From the IMG/VR virus record IMGVR_UViG_3300042474_001151, positions 48,431 to 112,430 of that record: a stretch of DNA of 64,000 bases; one strand, 5' to 3'. The translations under genes and the position numbers were made by a program. This DNA is from a virus (lineage: Duplodnaviria; Heunggongvirae; Uroviricota; Caudoviricetes). A model generated the notes under the pieces. The model searched no databases. It was not told where the DNA came from and saw only the letters and a program-made list of their open reading frames with translations. Each line of letters opens with the position of its first letter. Within the stretch, counting starts at the first letter, position 1. Below are positions 50,062-59,719 of the stretch, in pieces.

Positions 50062-53000
50062 ATGAAAATATTTGACGCACACATATCGGGGAGTTTATCA
50101 GTATCCTCCTCAGCCGAAATTTCGAATGATCTACTCGTTTCGGGTAACTTAAACGTGCTCGGCACCATTAATGGTAGTATTTCAGGAAGCACAACCAACG
50201 CTGACACCGCTTCTTTCGCTCCAAAATATAGTTTAACCTCTAGTTTCAACACATTTACCTCCTCTTACAACACAGGTTCATTTACCGGATCATTCAAGGG
50301 AGATGGTTCTAATTTATATAACATACCCGCAAGCGGAGTAACAGGATTAGAGTTAAATAAAATAGTAAACGGTTCTGCAAGTGCCTCAGTTTTAAGTGAT
50401 GGTACTTTTAGAGTAAATGGAGATGCCTATATTGATGGTACATTAACCGCAAAAGAAATACATACGAGTATTGTTACGTCTTCAGTACTTTACGAAAGTG
50501 GTAGTACTAAATTTGGAGACACGGTTGATGATACTCATTCATTTACTGGTTCTGTTAACATTACAGGTTCAATATCGTTAAATGGACAAGCAATTGGTAC
50601 AGGTAAGTTAGATGAAACAACGTTTCAATCATATACATCATCAATATCAAGTTCAATAGGGTCATTAGAAACTGCGAGTGGTAGTATTAGAACTACATTA
50701 AATTCATATACAAGTTCAAACGATTCAACAAACACAACTCAGAATAGTAGGTTAACATCAATTGAGGGGGTAACGGGTTCGATAGGATTACTTAACACTT
50801 ATACAGGTAGTAATAATATTAGATTGGGTAATATTGAAACCTCAACTGGAAGTTTGAACACATTTACTTCGAGTGCGAGTGGAAGATTAACATCACTTGA
50901 ATCTGCAAGTTCTAGTATTCAAGGTGATTTTAATAGTTTTACCTCTTCGTACAATACTGTAAGTGGTTCCATTAATAATAGATTAGGTAGTTTAGAATCC
51001 TTTAGTGGTTCATATACAGGTTCATTCTCAGGGTCTTTTAAAGGTGACGGTACAAACTTATTTAACATCCCCGCAAGTGGGGTTACAGGTCTTAATTTAA
51101 CACGGATTGCCGATGGAGCAGCCACAGCATCTATTTCAAATACAAACGGACTAAGGGTTAACTCAAATACCGAAATTACGGGGACATTAAAACTTAATAA
51201 AGTAAACTTAGGTAGTAACAACATTGTTGATATTACTCTAACAGATGGGGGAGGGAAATATTTCATCAACGGACTGAAAGCCCCGAGGTTATCCTTCATT
51301 AAGGGATTCAAATATAGATTTTATTATAATAACATTGCTACTCACCCATTACTTTTCTCGTTAACTAGCGACGGGGAACATAATGGAGGAACAATATATA
51401 CTACTGGAGTAACAACCAATTCTGACCCTTTTTATATTGAGGTTGATGTTACCGATGCAACAGCTGCAACATTCTATTATTGGTGTGACCATCATGTTGG
51501 GATGGGTAATTCTATAACAGTATATTCGGATTTTCTACATGGTCAATCTAGTATTGGTCTCATTAACGTAGATACAACTGCACTTGCCACAACCGGGTCA
51601 AATAACTTTACAAATATTCAAAGAACAAGTGGGTCCTTAGTGGTGACCGGTTCCGTTGATATCACAGGTTCAATTACATTGAATGGTCAAGCAATTGGAA
51701 CAGGAAAATTGGATGAAACAACATTTCAATCATATACAAGTTCAAACGATAGTAGAGTTTCATCTTTAGAAAGTTCAACAGGATCTTTAAATACGTTTAC
51801 AAGTTCAATTGACACCACTATTAAAAATAAACTCAACACAGAAACAGTTATATCTGGAAGTGTTCAAGTTTTAATAACCGGAACCACAGGATATTCGACA
51901 TTCAGTTCAAGTATATCTACAAGTATAGGCTCATTATCTGGTTCAGTTGCCACCACAACAAGTGGATTATCATCTAGCATTGGTTCATTAAGTTATAGTG
52001 TTGATTCTTTATCCTCATCAATTGCAACAACAACTAGTGGATTGAGTTCTAGTATTGCAACAACAACATCCGGTTTAAGTTCAAGTATTGGTTCTTTGAG
52101 TTATAGTGTTGCAACAACAACATCTGGATTAAGTTCTAGCATCGGAAGTTTATCTTCATCTGTGGCAACAACAACATTAGGACTAAGTTCTAGTATCGGG
52201 AGTTTATCCTCATCAATTGCAACAACAACATTAGGATTAAGTTCTAGTATCGGAAGTTTATCTTCATCGGTTGCAACAACAACCCTTAATTTAAAAAATC
52301 GAGTTGATTCTATTGAAACAAGCACTGGTTCGTTAAATTCATTTACTAGTTCAATTAATACAACAATAAAAGACAAGATGAATTCTGAAAGTGTTCTATC
52401 TGGTTCTATACAAGTTAATCTAACAGGAACAACTGGTTATGGTACATTTAGTTCTTCAATTGCAACAACAACCAATGATTTAAGTACTAGTATTGCAACT
52501 ACAACATCTGGATTAAGTTCATCCATCGGAAGTTTATCTTCTAGTGTTGCAACTACAACATCAGGATTAAGTTCATCCATAGGAAGTTTAAGTTCTAGTA
52601 TTGCAACAACCACATTAGGGACAAAAAATCGGGTTGATTCAATTGAAGCAAAAACTGGAAGTTATGCAACAACAGGTAGTAATAATTTTCAAGGAACACA
52701 AACAATAACAGGTTCACTCTACATTAGTCAAAATTTAATTGTACAGGGTTCATCATCTTTAGAAAATATTACTGCATCTGCAGTGTCAATTGGAACCAAT
52801 ACAATTGTATTAAACACAGATAGCCCAGCATTTAGATATGCGGGTATTTCCGTTTTTGATTCTGGTTCAACAAACATTACCGCTTCATTATTTTATGATT
52901 CATTAACAAATCAATGGAAATTTAAACATGTGGATACGGGTACCAATGATGCAAGCATCATGTTATTTGGTCCTTTAGGTAATGATATTGACAACGCACC

Positions 53001-55497
53001 ACTATTAGATGGGAATTACCTAACAAAGGTAGAAAATAACGGACACGGTCACCATTTAACAACTTCAAATATATTCGATAATGGTTCTAAGGTATCTATT
53101 AATTCAAATACAGAAATAACGGGTACGTTAAATGTCACAGGAAATATTATTAACCCTAATATAACCGCAATTCAATCATCAACTGGAAGTTTAAATACTT
53201 TTACAGCATCATTATTAAGTGCAATAGAATTAACAGGTTCTAACTTAACCGTTAGAGGTAACTTATTGGTTAAAGGAACAACAACAAACGTTAATACATC
53301 AACATTAGATGTTGATAACAATTTAATTAACCTTAATGGAGCTGGAGCCGCCAATGCTGGTCTAAGAATAAAAGATACCACCGGTGTAAGCCAACTTTCA
53401 GGTTCATTATTATGGGACGCAACAAATGATTATTGGATAGCAGGTCAATTAGGTTCAGAACAAAGATTAGTTAGAGAAACAGAATTTAATAATGCTGTCA
53501 CAAGAATAGGTAATGTTGAATCAAGTACTGGTTCATTGAATTCATTTACTTCATCTATTAACACAACCATTAAATCAAAATTAAATAGTGATGGTGTTTT
53601 AAGTGGTTCCATTCAAGTAAACCACAACGCAACAACAAATTATGTTGCAAATCAACACATAGACCACACAACCGTTTCAATTACTGCGGGTAGTGGTTTA
53701 ACAGGCGGTGGAGATATATCATCTACACGGACAATTAACGTTGGTGCTGGTAATGGTATAACAGTAAACGCAGATGATATTGCAATTGATACGTCATCAG
53801 CAACATTTACAACGGGTGTTAAATCAAAATTAAATGCTGATGGTGTTGTCAGTGGTTCATCACAAATAGACGGATCACAATTAGGACTTAATAAAACAAT
53901 TACAATTGGTTCCACATCAACAACATTGGGTGGGACATCAACAACACTTGTTGGATTAACATCTGTAACATCGACAGCATTAACAGGTTCACTACAAGGA
54001 AGTATATCGGGTAATGCGGGTACGGTTACAAATGGTGTTTACACAACAGGTGACCAAACAATTGGAGGTATTAAAACGTTCAGTAGTGCAATAACCGCAT
54101 CAAACTATAGTGGAACACATACAGGTGCATCATCAGGAACAAATACGGGTGATGAAACTTTGGCAAGGGTAAATGCGTTAGCGATAACAACCGTCGGTAC
54201 AATTGGTACGGGTGTTTGGAATGGTTCATCGATTAGTACAACATACACCGCAGCTAAAGTTACAAGTGTAAGTTCAGGAACTGGTATTAGTGTTGATACA
54301 ACAACAGGTGCCGTTACAGTCACAAATAGTGGTGTAACATCTTTAACAGGAACAACTAATCAAGTAACGGTTAGTGCAAATACTGGTGGTGTTACATTAA
54401 GTTTACCACAAAGTATTGCAACAACATCAACACCAACATTTGCGGGAGTAACCTCTACCTATTTAAGAAGTGGTACTGCAACATCAAATCTTGTTAAATT
54501 TTCATCTGGTGCGGGTAGTGTAACATTTGGTAATTCATTTGGTGGAAATGCAACAGACACAAGTAGAACAGTATATTTTAGAGGTACATCAACCGCATCA
54601 GTTTGGTGGGGAGCACCAGATGTAAATGGAGATAACGTTCCACATGGTGCAATTGATAGTCTTAGTACTGGTGGTTTAACTCATTGGTACAACTCAGCCG
54701 GAACGGGTGGAGGTACTTGGACCAAAATAATGACCGTTGACAGTGCGGGGGTAACAATGAACTCCGGTAATTTTGTTGGTACATTAACTGGAAATGCAAC
54801 TAACATAACCGCATCATCAAATACATCTTTAACATCTTTAGCGAACTTAGCAACTGTTGGTACAATCGGTACAGGTGTTTGGAATGGTAGTTCAATTGCA
54901 ACAACATACACCGCAGCTAAAGTAACTGCAGTTAATGCGGGAACAGGTGTTGGTGTTGATACAACAACAGGTTCAGTAACAGTTTCGATTGGTCAATCGG
55001 TTGCAACGTCAGCGGTACCAACATTTAAGGCTGCGATATTTACCAGTGACACAGATAGTCGGGTTTTAAAATTAAGAGAGTTAGCTTCAACTAGTGGTAA
55101 CATTATTCAATTTCAAGACTCTGCGGGAAATAACAAATGGGAAATAGTTGGTAGATCTAATACAGATGCAACGCCATTTTACATTTATAAAAATGATGGA
55201 ACAAATACCGGGTATATATTTTCAATTAGTGGAGGTGGTATACCAAATTTCCACACCGCATTAACTATCGGTGGAAGTACCGCTAAATCAATTTCAAACT
55301 CATCATATTCAACATCATTTAGTAGTGTATCATCAGTAACAGTTACACATAGTTTAGGAACAAAAGACGTGGCGGTATTTGTTTATGACAGTTCAGATAA
55401 TATGTTCTGGCCATCATCAATTGTTACAACAAGTACATCCGTTGTAACAATAACTTTTGCATCTTCTAGATCAGGAAGGGTTGTAGTTGTAAGATAA
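50062..55497 (+). CDS. giant tail fibre-like protein with cupredoxin-like insert
   Basis: 1811 aa. Modules shared with the 1-15 kb fibres, 18-aa repeat array, THP...YYWCDHHVGMG at about 51340-51507, C-terminal VTHSLG.KDV.V.VYDS module. Confidence 0.8.
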   Translation: MKIFDAHISGSLSVSSSAEISNDLLVSGNLNVLGTINGSISGSTTNADTASFAPKYSLTSSFNTFTSSYNTGSFTGSFKGDGSNLYNIPASGVTGLELNKIVNGSASASVLSDGTFRVNGDAYIDGTLTAKEIHTSIVTSSVLYESGSTKFGDTVDDTHSFTGSVNITGSISLNGQAIGTGKLDETTFQSYTSSISSSIGSLETASGSIRTTLNSYTSSNDSTNTTQNSRLTSIEGVTGSIGLLNTYTGSNNIRLGNIETSTGSLNTFTSSASGRLTSLESASSSIQGDFNSFTSSYNTVSGSINNRLGSLESFSGSYTGSFSGSFKGDGTNLFNIPASGVTGLNLTRIADGAATASISNTNGLRVNSNTEITGTLKLNKVNLGSNNIVDITLTDGGGKYFINGLKAPRLSFIKGFKYRFYYNNIATHPLLFSLTSDGEHNGGTIYTTGVTTNSDPFYIEVDVTDATAATFYYWCDHHVGMGNSITVYSDFLHGQSSIGLINVDTTALATTGSNNFTNIQRTSGSLVVTGSVDITGSITLNGQAIGTGKLDETTFQSYTSSNDSRVSSLESSTGSLNTFTSSIDTTIKNKLNTETVISGSVQVLITGTTGYSTFSSSISTSIGSLSGSVATTTSGLSSSIGSLSYSVDSLSSSIATTTSGLSSSIATTTSGLSSSIGSLSYSVATTTSGLSSSIGSLSSSVATTTLGLSSSIGSLSSSIATTTLGLSSSIGSLSSSVATTTLNLKNRVDSIETSTGSLNSFTSSINTTIKDKMNSESVLSGSIQVNLTGTTGYGTFSSSIATTTNDLSTSIATTTSGLSSSIGSLSSSVATTTSGLSSSIGSLSSSIATTTLGTKNRVDSIEAKTGSYATTGSNNFQGTQTITGSLYISQNLIVQGSSSLENITASAVSIGTNTIVLNTDSPAFRYAGISVFDSGSTNITASLFYDSLTNQWKFKHVDTGTNDASIMLFGPLGNDIDNAPLLDGNYLTKVENNGHGHHLTTSNIFDNGSKVSINSNTEITGTLNVTGNIINPNITAIQSSTGSLNTFTASLLSAIELTGSNLTVRGNLLVKGTTTNVNTSTLDVDNNLINLNGAGAANAGLRIKDTTGVSQLSGSLLWDATNDYWIAGQLGSEQRLVRETEFNNAVTRIGNVESSTGSLNSFTSSINTTIKSKLNSDGVLSGSIQVNHNATTNYVANQHIDHTTVSITAGSGLTGGGDISSTRTINVGAGNGITVNADDIAIDTSSATFTTGVKSKLNADGVVSGSSQIDGSQLGLNKTITIGSTSTTLGGTSTTLVGLTSVTSTALTGSLQGSISGNAGTVTNGVYTTGDQTIGGIKTFSSAITASNYSGTHTGASSGTNTGDETLARVNALAITTVGTIGTGVWNGSSISTTYTAAKVTSVSSGTGISVDTTTGAVTVTNSGVTSLTGTTNQVTVSANTGGVTLSLPQSIATTSTPTFAGVTSTYLRSGTATSNLVKFSSGAGSVTFGNSFGGNATDTSRTVYFRGTSTASVWWGAPDVNGDNVPHGAIDSLSTGGLTHWYNSAGTGGGTWTKIMTVDSAGVTMNSGNFVGTLTGNATNITASSNTSLTSLANLATVGTIGTGVWNGSSIATTYTAAKVTAVNAGTGVGVDTTTGSVTVSIGQSVATSAVPTFKAAIFTSDTDSRVLKLRELASTSGNIIQFQDSAGNNKWEIVGRSNTDATPFYIYKNDGTNTGYIFSISGGGIPNFHTALTIGGSTAKSISNSSYSTSFSSVSSVTVTHSLGTKDVAVFVYDSSDNMFWPSSIVTTSTSVVTITFASSRSGRVVVVR
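51900..52620 (+). repeat. coding tandem repeat, same 18-aa unit
   Basis: Read directly from the translation of 50062-55497. Confidence 0.85.
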
Positions 55498-55509
55498 AAT
55501 TCGTATATT
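55481..55509 (+). promoter_or_regulatory. possible sigma70-like promoter TTGTAG-N17-TATATT
   Basis: Weak -35; ATG 55517 is 7 nt downstream. Confidence 0.4.
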
Positions 55510-55516
55510 ATAGAAT

Positions 55517-56656
55517 ATGTTAAGAGAGAATGTTGAAGTAAGTGGTTCATTAAATATAAGTGGACAATATATTATACCAAGAGGGCCAAGAGCAAATAGA
55601 CCGTCTAGTCCTGATATTGGTTCTTTATATTTGGAAGAGTCAACAAGTGGTAGTTTTGTTGTAACATACACAGCCTCATCAAATTATGATGGTGGTTGGG
55701 AACCAGTTGGTTCACAAAATACAGATAGAACAGGATTTAAATACAGACAGGTTATTAATTACTCATACTTAGCTGGTGGTTATAAATCCGCATCACCATG
55801 GAAGAATGTTCATAGAACAACAAATTCAACAGACCAAACGGTTCACTTAGGTGAATTATTAGATTACCCAGCATCATATACATCTGGTGCTTGCAGTAAA
55901 AGTATTTTATTTCTATGGTCAACAAACACAGATGGTACATTTAAAGGAGATAGTACTATTCATTCAACATGGACTAGTGGTGTACACATGGTTAATGAAA
56001 CCGCATATGCTCACCAATCAAAATGGGATTTAGCAAATGCAAGAGATGACTGCGGTACTTTACATCAAGAAACAGAGTTTGCGTGGATATTCGGTGCTGG
56101 TGTGGCTGCTGTTGAGAAATTTAATTTAACAAATGAAACGATGTATAGTGTGTACTATGGTGGACCGTACACTTTAACTGCAATGGAAACATCAATTACA
56201 GGTAGTGGTCCTTCTGGTGCATCAGGATTTTCAGATGAGAATTATGGTTATGGATGGACACAACAAAGTGGCACAAAACTATTCTTCGCAAATGATACAT
56301 TCACAAATAATCAGCAGTGGGGTGCGAGCGGTCAACAAAAAGGTATTAGTTCAAAGGTGGGTAAAGGTTATGCGGGAAATGAAGGAACATATAATGGGGG
56401 TTATAATTTAAGAAGATGGAATGTTTTTACTGAAACTAATTTAGGTAACGTTTCAAAACCGCACCCTAACTGCGGAGAAGAAAACTTTACAATGGGACAA
56501 GATCATCAATATATGTTAGGTTGTTATGACGGTGCACAGGTAAATACTAGTTGGAAATTTGGTTACACTACGGATACTGGTACAGTAAACCCTAGTGGTT
56601 TGGCGCCAGGAGTAAATGATGGAACATCATCAGGTCATTGCGGTTGGAGAACATAA
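55517..56656 (+). CDS. Kelch-like beta-propeller protein with fibre-type N-terminal module (paralog 1)
   Basis: E.SGSL...RANRPSSP..GSLYLE, YLAGGYK..PWKNV, GYAGNEG.YNGG, GTSSGHCGWR. Confidence 0.6.
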   Translation: MLRENVEVSGSLNISGQYIIPRGPRANRPSSPDIGSLYLEESTSGSFVVTYTASSNYDGGWEPVGSQNTDRTGFKYRQVINYSYLAGGYKSASPWKNVHRTTNSTDQTVHLGELLDYPASYTSGACSKSILFLWSTNTDGTFKGDSTIHSTWTSGVHMVNETAYAHQSKWDLANARDDCGTLHQETEFAWIFGAGVAAVEKFNLTNETMYSVYYGGPYTLTAMETSITGSGPSGASGFSDENYGYGWTQQSGTKLFFANDTFTNNQQWGASGQQKGISSKVGKGYAGNEGTYNGGYNLRRWNVFTETNLGNVSKPHPNCGEENFTMGQDHQYMLGCYDGAQVNTSWKFGYTTDTGTVNPSGLAPGVNDGTSSGHCGWRT

Positions 56657-56662
56657 AATTTA

Positions 56663-56670
56663 TATTTATA
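56663..56670 (+). promoter_or_regulatory. putative late-promoter motif TATTTATA
   Basis: Intergenic, before propeller paralog 2. Confidence 0.4.
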
Positions 56671-56674
56671 AGAT

Positions 56675-57781
56675 ATGCTACACGAAAATATTGAAATTAG
56701 CGGGTCCCTAAAAGCACAAGGTGTGATAAAATCACCAGTAGGCACGCGGGCAAATAGACCTAGCAGTCCACAAACTGGTTCTTTATATTTAGAGCAGGCA
56801 ACTAGTGGTAGTTTTTTAATGGTTTATGTTGGTTTAAGTAATAGTGATAGTGGATGGGTTAGGGTATCTTCTCAAGTAAATGCCAATGTTGGTTTTAAAT
56901 TTAGACAGATAATTAGTGTTTCTTATCTTGCGGGTGGTTATAAAGATTCATCCCCTTGGAAAAATGTCCACAAAACAATTAATGCGACCGATCAGACAAC
57001 ACACATTGGTGAGTTATTAGATTTTCCTGCGTCGTATACATCTGGAGCTTGTAGTAAATATATTTTTTTTGTTTGGTCTGTCAATGAAGACAACGTTTTT
57101 AAGGGGCCAAGTGATGTTAATGGTGTGAGAACATCTGCAATTAATATGGCAAACGATACCAAGTATGCACATAATTCTAAGTTTAACATAACAACAGCTA
57201 GAAGCGATGTTGGAACTATGCACAAAGAAACTGAAATTGCATATCTATTTACAGGCGGTAGCTCCACTGTTGAAAAATTTGACCTAAGTACGGAGACAAT
57301 TGCAACTGGTTTTAATTTATCAACAATAAATGGTGGTGATGGTGGTTCAGCATTTTCTGATGAAAATTTTGGATACGGTTGGACATCTAGTGAAGGAATT
57401 AAAATGAGTTTTGCCACAGAAACATTTACATCATCTGGAATGTGGGGGGCACATTCACAACAGAAGGGAATGAGTTCTAAAGTTGGAAAAGGTTATGCTG
57501 GAAACGAAGGTTCATATAATGGTGGTTACAACTTAAGAAGATGGAGTAATGCTAATGATACCAACATTGGAAACGTATCAAAGCCTCATCCTAATTGCGG
57601 TGAAGAAAATTTTACAATGGGACAAGATCACCAATATATGTTGGGTAATTATGATGGCGCTCAAAATAATACAAGTTGGAAATTTTATTACTCAACGGAC
57701 ACCGGGACGACCAGCGTAAGCGGTCTAGCCCCTGGCGTAAATGCGGGGACATCATCCGGACATTGTGGTTGGAGAGCATAA
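56675..57781 (+). CDS. Kelch-like beta-propeller protein (paralog 2)
   Basis: Colinear with and highly similar to paralogs 1 and 3. Confidence 0.6.
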   Translation: MLHENIEISGSLKAQGVIKSPVGTRANRPSSPQTGSLYLEQATSGSFLMVYVGLSNSDSGWVRVSSQVNANVGFKFRQIISVSYLAGGYKDSSPWKNVHKTINATDQTTHIGELLDFPASYTSGACSKYIFFVWSVNEDNVFKGPSDVNGVRTSAINMANDTKYAHNSKFNITTARSDVGTMHKETEIAYLFTGGSSTVEKFDLSTETIATGFNLSTINGGDGGSAFSDENFGYGWTSSEGIKMSFATETFTSSGMWGAHSQQKGMSSKVGKGYAGNEGSYNGGYNLRRWSNANDTNIGNVSKPHPNCGEENFTMGQDHQYMLGNYDGAQNNTSWKFYYSTDTGTTSVSGLAPGVNAGTSSGHCGWRA

Positions 57782-57794
57782 AAATAATTAAATT

Positions 57795-58904
57795 ATGATA
57801 TACGAGAATTTAGAAGTTAGTGGTAGTTTAACATCGGATAGAGTGGTGAATAGACCACCTAGAGGAACAAGAGCAAATAGAGTTGGTTCACCATTGTCTG
57901 GTTCATTATATTTGGAAGAATCTACGAGCGGTAGTTTCTTAATGTTATATACTGGAGTGTCAAATATTGATAATGGATGGGAAAGAATTGCCGCACAAGA
58001 AACCATACCAATTGCGTTTAAATATAGACAAGTTTTATCATACACATATTTGGCCGGTGGTTATAAAGACTCATCACCGTGGAGAAACGTACACAAAACA
58101 ACAAACTCAACAAGTCAAACAACACACGTTGGTGAATTATTAGATTATCCAGTATCTTATACATCAGGAGCGTGTAATAAAACAATATTGTTTATTTGGT
58201 CAGTAAATGACGATGGAGCATGGAAAGGGCCGGATAGTATTCATGGAACTCGGACATCGGCAATCAATATGTTTAATGATACAAACTATGCTCACCAAGC
58301 TAAATTTAATACAGGTATTGCTAGAAGTGACGTTGCTACCATGCAAAAGGAAACGGAATTTGCTTACTTAATATCAGGTGGATCAACCACTATTGAAAAA
58401 TTTAATTTATCTAACGAAAGTTATGTAAGTGGATTTGGTGTAACGTCAATAAGTGGAACGGATGGTGCTGGTGCATTTTATGATGAAAGTTTTGGATATG
58501 CATGGACAACATCCGCAGGAATAAAATTTAATTTTTCCAACGAAACACCAAGTTCCTCAACACAATGGGGCGCACACGCACAACAAAAAGGTGTACCATC
58601 TAAAGTCGGTAAGGGATATTGCGGTAACGAGGGATCATATAATGGTGGTTATAACCTAAGAAGGTGGAGTAACTCCACAGATACGAATCTTGGTAACGTA
58701 GCTAAACCACACCAAAACTGTGGAGAAGAAAACTTAGCATTAGGACAAGATTGGCAGTATATGTTAGGTAATTACGATGGAACGGGTCAAAATAACACTA
58801 GTTGGCAATTAATATATGCAACCGACACTGGATCAAATGCGGTTACCGGATTAGCTCCAGTGGTAAATGCCGGAACATCATCCGGACATTGTGGTTGGAG
58901 ATAA
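57795..58904 (+). CDS. Kelch-like beta-propeller protein (paralog 3)
   Basis: Colinear with and highly similar to paralogs 1 and 2. Confidence 0.6.
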   Translation: MIYENLEVSGSLTSDRVVNRPPRGTRANRVGSPLSGSLYLEESTSGSFLMLYTGVSNIDNGWERIAAQETIPIAFKYRQVLSYTYLAGGYKDSSPWRNVHKTTNSTSQTTHVGELLDYPVSYTSGACNKTILFIWSVNDDGAWKGPDSIHGTRTSAINMFNDTNYAHQAKFNTGIARSDVATMQKETEFAYLISGGSTTIEKFNLSNESYVSGFGVTSISGTDGAGAFYDESFGYAWTTSAGIKFNFSNETPSSSTQWGAHAQQKGVPSKVGKGYCGNEGSYNGGYNLRRWSNSTDTNLGNVAKPHQNCGEENLALGQDWQYMLGNYDGTGQNNTSWQLIYATDTGSNAVTGLAPVVNAGTSSGHCGWR

Positions 58905-58907
58905 CAT

Positions 58908-58936
58908 TTGACTTTATGAATATTTTTCACTATATT
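58908..58936 (+). promoter_or_regulatory. sigma70-like promoter TTGACT-N17-TATATT
   Basis: Intergenic gap before 58955. Confidence 0.7.
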
Positions 58937-58954
58937 GTATAAAAACAATTAATT

Positions 58955-59719
58955 ATGGAACAAGGTTACAAATACGACAGGTCTAATTTTATCAATAACC
59001 CATTTGATGAAAAACTAATGCAAATATCTGAAAGCATGTCATTTGCATTACCGAAATATAAGGCATATAATTTCGTTGGGGGTGCACAAATAACTCCATA
59101 TGCGAGATTAAAACAATGGTTATTGGAATTAAGAGGTAGAGAAGATGCTGTTGAACATTTGGAATATACAGTAAGAAAGGCCGAACTTGAAATTCAAATG
59201 GACGAAGAAAGTAAAGAATTTATTACCGACACCAAAAGAAAAGAAATGGTCGATTTAACCATTGCAGATAAACGTATTGATTTAAGAAAATTTAATAGAA
59301 ATCTTAAAGATGCGTATAGAGAAAGACAAGGGTTTATTGATTTAATTAAGGAATATTTGGAATCAGATGATGCCACCTTACCCGATGGTACCAAATTAAT
59401 TGATGTTTTTGGTAATCCAGAATTGGAAGAAAAATATGAGCACGAATATTGGACTGTTCGTATGGCTAAACAAGCAATGTTGGATATGATTTCATATGGT
59501 AGAATTGGTACAGGTAACTTAGATTCAATTCTTATGATGGACCCTGAACAACAAAAACAAGTTTTAACTTTGGCTTCAGCATACACGATTTCTATTGATA
59601 AAAATATAAATCAATTAATGTCACAAGCTACAACAGATAATTTCTCAATTGAAGAGTCGTTAAAGAATCAATTGAAATTAACAGAACCAAATAAAATAGA
59701 AACAGAAAAATTATTATAA
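58955..59719 (+). CDS. helical/coiled-coil hypothetical protein
   Basis: 254 aa, YARLKQWLLELRGRE; preceded by a sigma70-like promoter. Confidence 0.6.
   Translation: MEQGYKYDRSNFINNPFDEKLMQISESMSFALPKYKAYNFVGGAQITPYARLKQWLLELRGREDAVEHLEYTVRKAELEIQMDEESKEFITDTKRKEMVDLTIADKRIDLRKFNRNLKDAYRERQGFIDLIKEYLESDDATLPDGTKLIDVFGNPELEEKYEHEYWTVRMAKQAMLDMISYGRIGTGNLDSILMMDPEQQKQVLTLASAYTISIDKNINQLMSQATTDNFSIEESLKNQLKLTEPNKIETEKLL

Noticed and set aside
11600-52620. Regular ~54-nt repeats as a possible CRISPR array
   Set aside because: In-frame coding repeats varying at synonymous positions, with no unique spacers and no cas genes.
15283-58904. Diversity-generating retroelement acting on tandem paralogs
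   Set aside because: No reverse transcriptase in the window, and paralog differences are not restricted to adenines.
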